The position numbers were made by a program, and so were the translations under genes. This document shows, in pieces, positions 1 to 12,726 of a stretch of 64,000 nt of DNA. Source of the stretch: Callorhinchus milii. Taxonomy: Eukaryota. The stretch is from the NCBI RefSeq assembly GCF_018977255.1, contig NW_024704742.1, positions 78,866,001 to 78,930,000 on the forward strand. The letters are read 5' to 3'. Under the pieces are notes generated by a model. The model saw only the letters and a program-made list of their open reading frames with translations, made no database searches and had not been told where the DNA came from. Numbering within the stretch: the first letter of the stretch is position 1; each line of letters starts with the position of its first letter.

Positions 1-828
1 ATAATATAATTATTTGGTCACTTAATCCATGACTGTTTGTGGGACATTGCTGTGCACAATTGGCTGCTGCGTTTTGCCCCAAAATTATATTATCAATTCA
101 CTTTATAGTATATTCCGTGAAACACTTTGAGACATCTTAACAACGTGATAAGGCACTATATCAAATGCAAGGATTATTATTCACTCACCACAGTAAATTA
201 ATTTGATCTCTTTCTGTATATTTCTGTGTTCACAAATCACAGATGTCCAACATGGCCTTAGAGTAGATTGGACTTTAAAAAAAAAGTATTCATAAGACAG
301 TGAAAAGGTTATTCACTGGGAAAAAAAAACTGTGAGTGACCATAAGAAACTTTAAAAAAGAAAGTTCAAAATAGGGATGAAAATTGCCGTTGTTCTGCTC
401 GACATTCAGTTAAGTGCCTCAGAGAATATTTTCAGAATATTGGCATGCAATAACTTGTTCGCTCAATTCCTGACAGAGATTTGTTTAAACAATAAGGGAA
501 GGTTTCTAACAAATAAGGATTGTTCAGTTTGCTTAATCAAAATGTGGGAGAATGATAGGCAGTTCCATTTGCAGTATTTATGCACTAGCAGTCTCCAAAA
601 GGTACCCTGTTCTAAGAGATAAGTATTGTGAATAATGCTCCTCGGTCTATATTGTGTCAGTAAATTTACAGGTACACTGTGATAGGAGCTAGAATTCGGG
701 CTGAAACAATAAAAGCCATTGTACCAGAAGATGGTTTCAAACTTTTAGCCATCCTATTCTTTCTGTGTGCAAACTCAGCATACTTGCTTAGTAAAGTAAT
801 ATGGAAATAATTGTATGGTAATTTGTGT

Positions 829-1245
829 GTCAGTTTGGCTCGGTTGGTAATACTCTCACCTTTGAATCAGAAGGTTGTGAGTTCAAACCCAATTTTGAGA
901 CTTGGAACTCATATAATCCAGGATGAAACTCCAATGCTATCCTGAAGGTGTGCTGCATTGTTAGAGGTTCTGCCCTTTGGATGAGACACGGTGCATGATA
1001 AAGATCCTGTGGCACTTTTTTGAAAAGAGAAGGCAGTTTCTCCTGGTGTACTGACCAACAGTTCCCCCCCAAATTGGTGATTCACTTCATGGATGTTTGT
1101 GGGACATTCCTTTATAGAACTTGGCTGCTGCATTCACCCACAAACCACACATTCACGTGATAACATATCCCATGAAAGGCTTTGGGATGTTGTCCTGATG
1201 TGAAAGGCACTATATCAAATGCAAGAATTATATCTTATTATTTAT
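829..1245 (+). mobile_element. Older long Deu-domain SINE (SacSINE1-like)
   Basis: tRNA-like head ttggctcggttggtaa...ggttgtgagttcaaaccc, central Deu-like block tgtttgtgggacatt...ttggctgctgc, L2-like tail. Relatives at about 11900-12498, 14480-14835(-), 17377-17800, 18670-19085, 21830-22205, 34800-35095, 48795-49260 and 61545-62000(-). Confidence 0.75.
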
Positions 1246-1771
1246 TTATATCAAATATAATTAATAAGCATTTAATATATGTAAGCTTTTAGAGATCAGG
1301 TGGGCTAAGCCCAAAGCCTTTAGGCTAATATGGTAAAAGTTATATTTTTGGCTCAGGGGAGCATGGATTTCAGTCTGCTTAGTCAGATAAATGCCGAGAA
1401 AGAAAAATGTTCATAGAAATCAACTAGCCTTGATGCACAACCTAAAATTTACAGAATAAAATCACATATTTTTCAAGGCTATAAAATAGCAGTGCTTGGA
1501 CCCTGAGTGGGTTCACCACTTACTTAAATAGGATACCACTTGGTAGTGCTTCTTAAGCATTTCTTAAATAGGTTAAGGAATGCTTTGAGGAATACCACAA
1601 AATTTACCTTTTTGTTCTTTAACGACAGCAAGAATTGTAACATTAAGATGTGCTTCCATTCTCTGCTCTTTTTCTTAAAATGTTTTGCTTGTGAGCCTTC
1701 AATATAGCAAATATGAACAGTCTGTTTCTTTCACTCTGTATTTACTATTGAGGATAGAATCCTGCCCTCTT

Positions 1772-2673
1772 AACAACAACAACAAAATTACATTTGCATA
1801 GAAACTTTCACTTCGGTAAGACATCCCAAGGTGCTGGACAGACAGAGTTAAGGACCCGAGCTAAGGGTCAGGGTGGGAGGTGGGGGGAAGGCATCGGGGG
1901 AAAGCAGGGAGATCAAAAGCACGGTCGAAGAGGAGGGTCTTGAGGTGGGTCTTGAAGGTGGCGAGGGAGGGGGTGAGACGGAGGGACTACGGGATGGAGT
2001 TCCAGAGTGTGGGTGCAGAGTGGTGGAAGGCCCTCCCGCCAATAGTGGGACGATCAAGGCGGGGACGTGAAGCAGGCCGGAGCCCGCTGAGCAGAGGGAG
2101 CGAACAGGGTGGAAGAGGGTTGAAGGTTGGAGAGGTAGGGGGAAGCAAGACCGTGGAGGGCTTTGAAGGTGAGGACCAGGATCTTGAACTGTATCCTCTG
2201 TGTGTTGGGAAGCCAGTGGAATTGGGCAAGGATAGGGGTGATAGGGTCACGGAGCCTAGTGCGGGAGAGGACACAGGCTACAGAGTTCTGGATGATCTGC
2301 AGCCTGTGGAGGGAGGACTTGGGGAGGCCGACAAGCAGTGAGTTTGCATAGTTGAGCCTCAATGTAATGAAGACGTGTATGAGGGTTTCGGTGGCCTGCG
2401 ATGTGAGACAGTGTAGGAGCCGGGCGACGTTGCAGAGGTGGGGGAAGGCAGAACGGGTCATGGCACGGATGTGGGGTAGGAAGGATAGTTGAGGGTCAAA
2501 CAAGGCGCCAAGGTTCTTGACTGGCTTAGTGAGGTGGAGTGTGCAACCATGGATGGTGATGCTGTCAGCGCCTGAGGTGAGGAGGTGCTGACAGAGCCAA
2601 TCAGGAGAGCGTCGGTCTTGTTGACGTTCAACTGGAGAAAGTTAGCTCTCATCGAGGATATGATGTCTGACAA
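1772..2673 (-). mobile_element. 5'-truncated L2 LINE (C-terminal RT region and 3' UTR), frameshifted
   Basis: ORFs 2054..2503 and 1987..2274 match the L2 ORF2 C-terminus. (caa)n tail on the plus strand near 1772. Confidence 0.9.
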
Positions 2674-4664
2674 AGGGTAACAGGTTACCCTCAACAATGT
2701 TTGGGGCAGGTTTATGTTTTTAACCTCCTCTCTTAATGAGTGTGTCATAGACCAGAAAACAATCAACAAGGTTAATACTGTTTGTTTGGTAGAATAGTAT
2801 TGCATCTATCAATTTATTTCCAGTCAGTCAGACATCTGACACACAACTGCTTACAAATCTCCTATTCCATAACTGAGAAAAGAAGCACTCGTTTGTCAGG
2901 TCTAGATTGTGTAATCTCCTCCGTGGATCTGGAGAAAGGGAAGTTAGAAACACATACACGTACACACGCCCTGCTTGCGTACACCAGGAACAGGGTAGTA
3001 GAAAGCAATCCCTCTTCCCATACAACTCAACAAGCATAATAATGATTCTTGCATTTCATATAGTGCCTTATCAGTTCTTCGAGATGTCTCAAAGTGCTTC
3101 ATAGAATAGACTGCAAAGTGAATTGACTGTATATTTTGTGGGTGAAATGCAGCAGCCAATTGCTCACAGCAGTGTCCCACAAACAGTCGTGGATTGAGTG
3201 ACCAAATTATTAATTGTTTATTTGTTTTTTGTTTGTTTGTTTATTTATTTATAGGAAGATAAATTAACTATTTATTTATTTGTTACAAATTTATTTGAAT
3301 CTGTGATTAAATAACTCAATTGGAATTTCTGATGCAACAGAAAGTACAATGATCACTTGTCAATAAAGAAGAAAACATGTTTCTCTAGGACTTAAATCTG
3401 TAAAGATTTCCAGGAGGATTTCAATCTGTGCACCAAGGAATCTCACAGAACTGTTCCCCAAAATGAGAAGGGTCCTATCAATAGCAATGTGGTTTATAAC
3501 CTCCATTTTGTGGAGGGGGATTTACCTTTAGAGTGAATGATGGTGCCTCTCCTAATAACAAACCTGCTGGGGAATAAAGAAGTGTATTTCCCCCTGGGCT
3601 ACAAGGAAATTAAGCATATCCTCCTACGGTATGAATCAGAAATCACATCCAGACTAATCACCATAACAGAAGAGGACTGTGTGCAAAGCATCAGTCATAC
3701 CTTCCATTGCTGCTATGACAAGCACATATTTGTGCTAATTATATAAATATATAATACAAAAAAAAACTCTCTTTTGCTGCTGCAGCTCTGGCCACAGGCA
3801 AAAACTGGTTTTCAGCAAACTATTACAATGATACTGAAACTAATCTCAGGGACAACAAAAATGCAGAACTGCCTGTGCACTCATTTCAACCCTCCATGAA
3901 TGTGATGTCAGGACTTTTTAAAAAAAGGAACAGGAACACAGGAAAATGATGTGTTCAAATTGGATTCCTTTTCCATTTACCATCTTCAAAAACCTCATCT
4001 TTTTCACTATTCCTTTAATCAATTTGTTTAAAAATAGAAAAAAAATCAGTCTGTCAACCCATGCTTTTCTCTATCTGTGAATTAACCACCTGACTGTCTG
4101 TGAAGAGACACTGTTGTGCACAATTGGTTGCCATGTTTTGCCCATAAAATACATAGTCAATCCACTTTACATTATATTCTGTGAAGCAATTTGAGACTTC
4201 TAAACAACATGATAAAGCGTATATCAAAATGCAAGGATTATTATCATTGCTATTATCAATACCCTCAAATCCACCTTTGTTTCCTACTTGCTCAGTAAGC
4301 CCTGTTGCTTTGTAAACACAACATTCATCTCATGTGGAAGGTATTATATCTAAGATAGTCACAAGAATATATTATTATTATGGATTATTATTTTGATTAA
4401 TAATAAGATCAAAAGGGAAGTTTAAGAGAATTTTCTTTTGGGACAAAGAATGTACTGCCAGAGATTTGAATGGAGATGGGAATATGTTAGGCGGTGATAC
4501 TGAATGAACAGCTTGCTCTGAGAGCCGGTGCAGAATCAATAGGCAGAATGATGTCCTCTGCATTGTTAAATTATATGATTGTATGATACAAGTGCAAATT
4601 GCTATTCAAGATTAGTTTGGGTTCAATCAACTCAAGTCAAGGCAGTTTGGGTTCAGTGTAAATT

Positions 4665-4836
4665 TGAGAATCAGGAACCCTAGCTAGCCTAAGGAGAGCG
4701 CACAGGTCAATTGTAGCTCTCCTGTTCGATACCCCAACTGAGATCTGCAACCTCACTATAGCCTGGACATTAAATCTAACATTTGGTTCAACTGCTCTTG
4801 GTAAATGTGCAGAGCTGTTGAATGAGCTGAGTCATT
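4665..4836 (-). mobile_element. Ancient SINE fragment resembling AmnSINE2-type elements
   Basis: Minus strand gatctcagttggggt...gagctacaattgacct...agctagggttcctgattc. A related fragment lies at 19120-19215. Confidence 0.45.
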
Positions 4837-7162
4837 CATTGTTTATCAAGTACTTCACTGGTAATATCAATAGATTGATTTTCATACAAAGATTTCATCA
4901 AAGGAGAGTTTAATTTATAGATTATTTATTGGTTAAATTATTTCTGAGTAAGTAAAAGTGAATTATCATTCAGTAAACCTATAGTGATTACATTACAATA
5001 TGTGATTTTATCATTCCTGATGCTGAATCAGACACTGGGGAGAAATGCCTCCTGGCCAAGATTTGCTCTGTTAACGAACACTCAGAGAATTCACAACTTG
5101 TTAAATTCTTAAACAGAGTTTTCAGTTTTGAAGCTGTTTTTCTGTACATTTCTTGTAAGAACTACACAAAATGGGCTTCAAAGTTAAAACTGAATTCACC
5201 ACCTCCCATATCCTGTACATTTTGAAAAGCAAAAACAAATTTATTTGTACAGTCTAAGGTTTGCACCTGAGCTGGGAGCCATAAACAACAACAACTTGCA
5301 TTTATATATCGCCCTTCATGCAGGGCAGCATCCCCGAGGGCCAACAGGCTGAGGACCATTGCTACGTTAATAGAGTAAATCTATATCCAGATGGAATTGT
5401 ACCTCACACATGCAGTAGCTGTCTATTTTAATACTCGCTGCTGGCTAGGAGAAGGACCTCAAACCTTCCCGATGCATTCCAGTTGTGTTCCAGATAAAGA
5501 GTTCAAACTCAGGATTGTCACTGCAAGAATGAAGGAATAGGTTGGGAACAATCTTTCCACATGGAGAATTATTAGAAAATGGCACACTTCGCCACAACAA
5601 GCTTGTGAGGTGGAAAGCATACATCATTTAAAAGGGAATTTTTAATGAATATTTGATGAGCAACGATACAAAAAGAAAAGTAAAGCATGGTTTGGGAAAA
5701 GAGCCAGGCATTGAGAATAGAGTTGTTAGCTCCAGGGAGTAGGTAGAAACAGCACAGGCTGGATGAGCTAAATTACCTACTTCTGAATTTATGTTTATGC
5801 AGCAACTTTCATGCCAGGAAGATGTTCCAAAATGCTTGGCACAGCTGGCTGGACAATCGACCTGGGGATGGGAGGTGAGAGGGCAGTGGGAATGGAAAAA
5901 ATGACCAAAGGTGTGCCCAAAAAGGTCAGATAGGGTAGGGACATGAACCAGACTGGTGCTCACTGAGCAAAGGGAATGACTGGGTCAGGAGGTTTGAAAG
6001 AGATGATGCAATTTTTATTAACCTAAGAAAATGAGATAGTATTCAATCACAAGCCCATTCCTTGTACTAGCCACACACAATGTGTCCAATTCCCACCCTG
6101 AACAGAGGCAATAGGAATGTGGAGAACTGTCAGTGAAGGGCAATAAACTGGGCTGGGAGGAAATGTAGGGAAAGTCAAGGCAGCAACATTGTGTCTGGTA
6201 GAGTGATGTGTTTGTCTGGAGAGGTGGCTGTCTGATAGAGAACTGGTGCCATATCACTAAGGATGCTGCAGAGTTACTGGCTGGAAAAGAAACAAAGAAC
6301 TCAATTATTCCAGTGATGGAAATGGTGTTGTGTGAAATGTTCAGCCAGGCAAACTTAGTTATTTAAGGCTTTTCAGTGACCTCACTCTGTCTCATGCACT
6401 GAGGGGAAACAGATGGTTTTGTCATGGTTTTGACAACGGGGGAAAAACTTCTTAGATATAGAGTGCAGCCAACCTTGTGTCACGTGCTTGTACTCTTGTA
6501 GAACAATGAAAGGTATCAGGCTTCAACTGTTTGCTATCAATGTGCAAAACAGTAGCTTGGGTTCATGAATCTGAGTAAGTCCTGCTCTGCTGCTGTCGGC
6601 AGAGTTGAGTTACTTCAACGCATTGTTTTACCTGTTGATTTGCTTTCATGAACTCTTTTACTCTCAAATCAGACAGAAACAGTTAAAGACACAAGATTAT
6701 GAAAGAGGCTCGGATAAGAGGCCCTTTGGCATATTTGATCAACTTGACACAAAACCCTGCAGAAATGTTTTATTTCAAAGCCTCAACGGATCAACAAAAC
6801 AGCTTCCAACCAATGTTTTCAATGCAGAAGATAAGACATCTTGTTCCCAACAGGGACAAAAACCTGGAAGCACATGACTGATATACAGTTATAGCACAGA
6901 TGACCTCTCTTTACACCCGATTCCTAGTTGTGAGATTGGCAGGAGTTGAAGCAATATTTTCCATTACTTGGAAGAATCCAAAATTTTAAAGAGCTCCTGT
7001 GGCCATGAATATGCACTCCATGTGTCCTTATGATGCAGTTGGAGATTGAAGAGGAGGTGAACCCTTAATAGCATCTGAACCCATCAGACATTCAAATTAT
7101 TACTTGATAATTGGCTGCTGTGCTCAGTATTCAAGAAACAGCTTAAACAAACAGGCTCTTTA

Positions 7163-7430
7163 TAACATCAACAACAACAAAATTACATTTATAGAGCACC
7201 TTTCACGTTCGGAAGGACGTCCCAAAGCGTTGAATGGTCAGGGGCCCGAGCATGGGGGAGAGGTGGTGTAGAGGTGAGGGAAGGCAGAGATGTGGGAGGG
7301 CGACCAAAGGCACAATCGAAGAGAAGGGTCTTGAGACTGACCTTGAAGGAGGCAAGGAAGGAAGTGAGGTGAAGGGACCGTGGGATGGAGTTCCAGAGTG
7401 TGGGGGCAGAGAGGCTGAAAGCAGGTCAGA
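7163..7430 (-). mobile_element. L2 3'-end fragment
   Basis: Reverse complement of the LWNSIP region, 3' UTR and (ttg)n tail. Confidence 0.8.
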
Positions 7431-7431
7431 C

Positions 7432-7609
7432 CACTCAGCAGGTCAGGCAGCATCTATGGAGAAAGGAAAGTGCGTCAACTTTTTGGGTCCCCAACCCTTT
7501 GTCAGTTCAGTTCTAACAAAACGTTGTGGACCCGAAACACTGACTCACGTTCCTTTCTCCGTAGATGTTGCCTGACCTGCTGAGTGTTCCCAGAGATTTC
7601 TGTTTGTTT
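7432..7609. mobile_element. Palindromic Penelope-like element remnant with two decayed hammerhead-like cores
   Basis: cactcagcaggtcaggcagcatctatggagaaagga...tcctttctccgtagatgttgcctgacctgctgagtg forms an approximately 155-nt fold-back. It resembles the common chondrichthyan Penelope pseudo-LTR palindrome (from memory). Confidence 0.7.
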
Positions 7610-7949
7610 GAGTAATTTATGATGGAATGTGTGATCATTGTCAAGGAAACTCTGCATTTTTATGTGAAGACTATTACGTTAATAATCCTTATATTTGATA
7701 TGGCGCCTTAGCACATCATCGAAAAGTATTGAAAAACATTGCACAGAATATGTAGCATACTTGCAGGCATACGCAACAGCCAACTTACATCCAATAATGT
7801 CCCACAAACAGCCATGATGTGAATGACCAATTTAATTTGGCTGATTATTTTCCAGGATACCAGGAGAAATCTGGTTCTCTTTTTAAATAGGCACCTTCAA
7901 CAATAGAGTGCCTCTGCATACTGTCAGCCTGGATAACGTGAGTTCAAAG

Positions 7950-8545
7950 TCCTTCCTCTTCTATATGCTCCCTCTTGGTGATGTCATCTGGAGACACGGG
8001 TTAAATTTTCTCATGTAAATTTCTATTTCTGCTCCTCGAGCTGTGTCTCCAGGTCCTCTGATGTTCTGTCAGCTTGTTTGGAAGACGTTAGGTCCTGGAA
8101 GCACGTGAACCTCCTGCAGATGAATTTTGACAAGATGGAAGCCATACTCTGGCTCCCATCAATGTTTTCTCTCTTGCGGCTCTGACCTCCTGAAGCCTAT
8201 CCCTCAGACTCACCGAACCATTGTGTAACCTAGACGTCAGATTCGACCCTCAGTTGTCCATCCTACACCACATCCGATCCCTGACCAGGACTGCTTTCCT
8301 CCACTTTCCTCATATTACCTGCCTCTAACCGTACCTTACTCCAAATACAGCTGAAGCCCTCGTCCATGTGTTCGTCTTCTCCTGCCTCGACTACTCAAAT
8401 GCCCTCCTCACTGGTCTCCCCAGCTCCATTATCCACAAAATCCAGTTAATCCAAAACTCTCCTACATGCCTCAAGCTCTGCCACTGTCAAGCTCTCTGAG
8501 ACATGGCACTGGGTGAGGGGTGCTATATAAATGGAAGTTGTTGTT
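7950..8545 (+). mobile_element. Old decayed L2 fragment (RT C-terminal half)
   Basis: Degenerate matches to [11 protein letters not shown], AExLVHxF..SxLDYxN and IQNS, plus a tataaatg..ttgttgtt tail. Confidence 0.75.
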
Positions 8546-10062
8546 AATTCATTGGCCTTGAGAGAGTGCAGATTTCAGCACCCAGCCCCTCCTTCCCCCT
8601 CTCCACACACACCCCATCCCCAAAATAAGCAAGAGCCTGAGGTAGCGAAAAAAGAGGTAGCATGAGGACCTGAATAGAACAAATAATAAAATAATAATTC
8701 TTGTATTTGACAAAGCACCTTACTGTATCCTCTAGGTGTCTCAAAGCGCTTCTCAAGAAAGTGTAGTGACTGTGTATTTTATAGGCATTTACGGCAGCCA
8801 ATTTGCACACAGCCAAGAAATGAATGGCCAATTTTTGTCAGGGGGTTTGCTGGCAAGGACACCGGGAGAAACTCCCTTCTCTTACCTGCAGGTGTGTTGC
8901 TGCCACTCGCTAGTTTACATTGCCATTACTTTATGTTGGGGTAAACTAAACAAAGTTGCAAATTTAAGCTCAAATTTCCCAGTCACCTAGGCTGAGATAA
9001 AATATTACTAAGAAAGATTTCAAACTTCTCAGCTGTGAAACGCTTGGAGCTTATCCCCTTCCCCCATCCGTGGAAACAATTCATTCTGGGGCTCAGCAGG
9101 AAGGGATACTCTTGACATAGGTTCTGAGATCCATCAGCAAGAAACTCTGCGGGAAATCGTGCTGATTGGCAGTCTCTCCTTTTGTGGATGCCAACCGGGA
9201 AGGGATTCTGAGCTGGAATGTTTCAGCAGGAACTAAACATAGGGAGGCATTGACATGGATTGTTTAATATGCTCAGCACACTCTGTAGAACATCTTCATT
9301 CAAATAGCTGCTATTTGAAGTCGTAAAGCAAGCTGTTGTTTCAGCTAGCTTTCTTCCCCGGCTCTCTATCTATTCCCTCCTGTCTGTGTGGCTGTATTTA
9401 CTTTCTATTCCCTTTCTGTTTGATCGAATATTTGATAGTCAAGTCAGTTTTCATGTTATCTTTTTTGTGCGGGGATGAGGGGTAGAAGGTAATGTAAGGA
9501 AAAAAGTATGAAAGTAATAAGATCATGTTTTTCTTTGCCCCCAAGCAAAAATCTCAGAGCAAAACTATTATTACTGGCACTCAACCACCACAGGCCAAAA
9601 ACTCAAATAGGTGATTCAGGCCACGACATTGAGGTCAGTGAGGGGTGTTCATCTCTGGTCCATTAGTATTGATCTGAACAGACACAATGAATTTATAAAT
9701 TTAACAAGAAAATTAGACCCAGTGTCATGAAACATCCGAATGAATTCCAAGTACTTACAACGACAACAACTTGGATTTATATAGCGCCCTCCACACCGGA
9801 CAGCGTCTCAGAGCGTTTTAAAGCACTCGGAGCACTTAGTCGACTGAAGTCACTTCCATTCATCCCAGAGTTCCTCTGACTCCCTCCCTCCCTCACCTCG
9901 TTTAAGATCCGCTTTGAACTTGCCTTCGGTCATCTTTCCCCTCTCACCTCCCTCGGCTCCCAACCCCAGCTTGGGTTCCAGGGAAGTATTAAACACCTTG
10001 GGGAGTCCTTCAGACAATTAAAGGTGCTATATAAATGTTAATTTGTATGGCATTTTATTTAT

Positions 10063-10274
10063 ATGCTCTGCAATGGCAGTGAGTACTGCCTCTGCACGAC
10101 GCCATGGTGGAGACATGGCCCTGGAGGATCGGAGTTTACCTGGCCAACAACACGGATGCCATGTCACACCTCCTGACCTTCCACCAACCACTTACTGAGC
10201 GCATCTTCTCTTTCTTCAGCATTTGCTTCGGTGACAGTAGCACTAACGCTGAGACCTGTGATCCCCGCACCTAA
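10063..10274 (+). pseudogene. Decayed fragment of a TRIM/butyrophilin-type B30.2 (SPRY) domain C-terminus
   Basis: Translates as MLCNGSEYCLCTTPW, frameshift, then VETWPWRIGVYL-ANNTDAMSHLLTFHQPLTERIFSFF...NAE. This follows the SPRY consensus L.NG.EY...T.P...PR.IGVYL[DYE.G.VSFY]N....MSH..TF...FTE....FF, with the bracketed block deleted. Confidence 0.55.
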
Positions 10275-10409
10275 CCCCAAACCTGGGTCATGATCCCATC
10301 TGTGCCCCCAGCCCCTATTCCTGCCCCCAATCCCACCCTTAACCCCACAAACCCCACCCCTAATGCCCCCTAACCTCGCCCTGGACCATGATCCTCACCC
10401 CCACTATTA

Positions 10410-11073
10410 AATCCTTGCTCTCTCTACCTGTGACCTTTTAAAATCCTACCCACTCCCTCCCCTTGGTAGGCACTGGCCTGCTTCACGTCCCTTGCCCTGT
10501 CCATTCCACCATCAGCAGTCAGACCTTCAGCTTTTCTGTCTTCCTTCTTCACCTCACAGTTTCTCTTGTCTCTTTCAAGGTTCATCTCAAGAACTTCCTC
10601 TTTGACCACCCGTTTAGTTACATTTCTCCACCCCATTGGCCCCCACTCCTCTGAATCTAAATCCCCATCTTAGATGTTGCGGATTCCTGTAGCTCAGTGT
10701 TTACAGCACTCGCTTCACAAGCGAGAGACCTGGGTTCAATTCCTGGCAGGGCGAAACCTTGGGCAAGTTTCCTCACTCCACATGCCTGATAATAATCCCT
10801 CAAGAAAAAATACTAATAAAATTGATCACTTCAATTCATGACTGTTTGTGGGACGCTGCTGTGCGCAATTGGCTTCCGCGTTTTGCCCACAAATATACAG
10901 TCAATTCACTTTACAGTATATTCTGTGAAGCGCTTTGAGACGTCTAGAAGACGTGAAAAAGCACTATATCAAATGCAAGGATTATTATTATAGATACAAA
11001 CTTTGAACTGTTGAACACGTTACGACATCCTCCCAACTTGAAACGCTCAATATAAATGCAATTTGTTGTTGTG
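10410..11073 (+). mobile_element. L2 3' fragment interrupted by a SINE at 10681-10991
   Basis: LLHVP.P...TI motif, then the L2 tail tataaatgcaatttgttgttg after the SINE. Confidence 0.7.
10681..10991 (+). mobile_element. Young tRNA-Ala-derived SINE (full length)
   Basis: Head ggattcctgtagctcagtg...ggttcaattcc, Deu-like block, L2-like 3' end, (att)n tail. Confidence 0.9.
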
Positions 11074-11632
11074 TGGGCTGATTTTGTTTACATTGGGTTG
11101 ATTATTTTACCAGTAAATGTTTCATATCAGATGCAGAAGACCATTACCACCCCACCCCGCCCCCATATAGTTGAAGAATGATAATTTTAGGTCATCTTCC
11201 TCATTTATAAGCACCAAATAATATGCAAATATTTTAAGCAAAATGTACAATTTATTTGACAATTTTTTGTTGGGGGAGGACAGGTACCTTTTAAACAACT
11301 GGCTAGCTTGCAGAACTGGTTACTACATTCTTCAAACTGTGCGGCTATTATAAACGTCTTAAAATCATTTATTGCGTGCTTTGCATTTTTATGTATCTTT
11401 AGAGACTTAAATTACAGGTTATTTATTTGAACAGGGATCTCACTTTTTGCATTCTGTCATATTACACAGAAACATATACAATTTCTGGGCAGGAGGGAGG
11501 CAATTTGGCACATTTTATCACTCCTGTTTTTTTTAATTGCCCTTTTTTAATTAAGCTCCCTATTTCTTTTCTATTTATCCCACACCCCTTAATGATTCCA
11601 TCACTCGGGACTTGAATGGCCCTAAATGAAAC

Positions 11633-11810
11633 ACTGTGCTCACTGATTGGGTAATGCAGTAAAACAATCCACTGGGTGTTCACCACTGGGTTTGAATCCT
11701 GATGGGTCAGATGGGATGAAAGTCTGCTTCATCTGTTCCCCACAAGAGTTCATTATGAAACATGGGTTTGAGTAATCTCTTCCCAGCGAACAGTAGCAAA
11801 TTGCTCATAG
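11633..11810 (+). mobile_element. Ancient tRNA-headed SINE resembling LF-SINE
   Basis: Ordered blocks gctcactgattgggtaatg, cactgggtttgaatcc, gaaagtctgcttcatctg and ttatgaaacatgggtttgagtaatctc parallel the remembered LF-SINE 5' half. Not verified by alignment. Confidence 0.45.
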
Positions 11811-12726
11811 TGAGATGCTGCTTCTCTCTTTGGCTTTTTTGCATGCTTTATTGGCATTTGCAAATAGCAAGTGACATTTTTGTGAATATTGCAGTTTAGG
11901 TGTCAGCCTGCTCAAATGATCTCAGCTCCAAGTCACAAGGTTGTGGGTCAAACCTCATGTAGGGCCTTTGACTTCCCAGTCCAAGCTAACTCTCCAGTTC
12001 AATAATGGGATTGCATTGTCAGCGGTGTCCTCCTTCAGCAACAAACAACAACAACAAATTACATTTGTATAATGACTAACATGTCAGGAGAACGTCCCAA
12101 GACCCAGGACAGTTAGGGATCCGCAGCCGAGCTGGTGGTTGGGATCAGGAGGGTGACGGGCAGGGAGGGTAAGGGTAGGAGGGTGACCGAAGGCACGGTC
12201 GAAGAGGAGGGTTTTGAGATGGGTCTTGAAGGAGGCAAGGGAGAATTAAAAGTTAAACTGAGGTCCTGTCTACCTGATCAGTTAAAGGTTCCTTGGCACT
12301 ATTTGAAAAGAGAAGGGATTTCCTCCCCGTGTCCTGGCCAACAAACCTTAGATAAAATTGATCATTCATTTCACGATTGTTTATGAAAATTAGCTGTCAC
12401 AAATATATAGTCACTACATTTTATAGTAAATCTTGTGAAGTGCTACGAGACATAAACAACATGATAAGGTGCTATATCAATTGCAAGGATTATTATTGAC
12501 AAATTTTTGGCAGTTGAGAAGGAAAGTTGCAATTAACACGTCACATCCAGTTTACAAATCTTGCAGGAAAATCAACCCAGGTACAGTTGAGTGATCTTCA
12601 AAATGTGGGATTAAATCATATTTGTGGGTAAACAGTGTTAGTAACAGAACACAATGAATGGCAAAAGGCAGTATGCGTTATGATAATAAACACTTGTGAT
12701 AATTATCATATAATTTACTGGATTTT

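Noticed and set aside
2854..2928. Minus-strand candidate exon with a strong acceptor and gtaag donor, phase 1 in
   Set aside because: The peptide PRRRLHNLDLTNECFFSQLWNRRF has none of the LG2 motifs expected next; likely a pseudo-exon.
10270..10400. Interstitial telomere-like cctaaccc tract
   Set aside because: Only scattered degenerate units, not tandem (CCCTAA)n.
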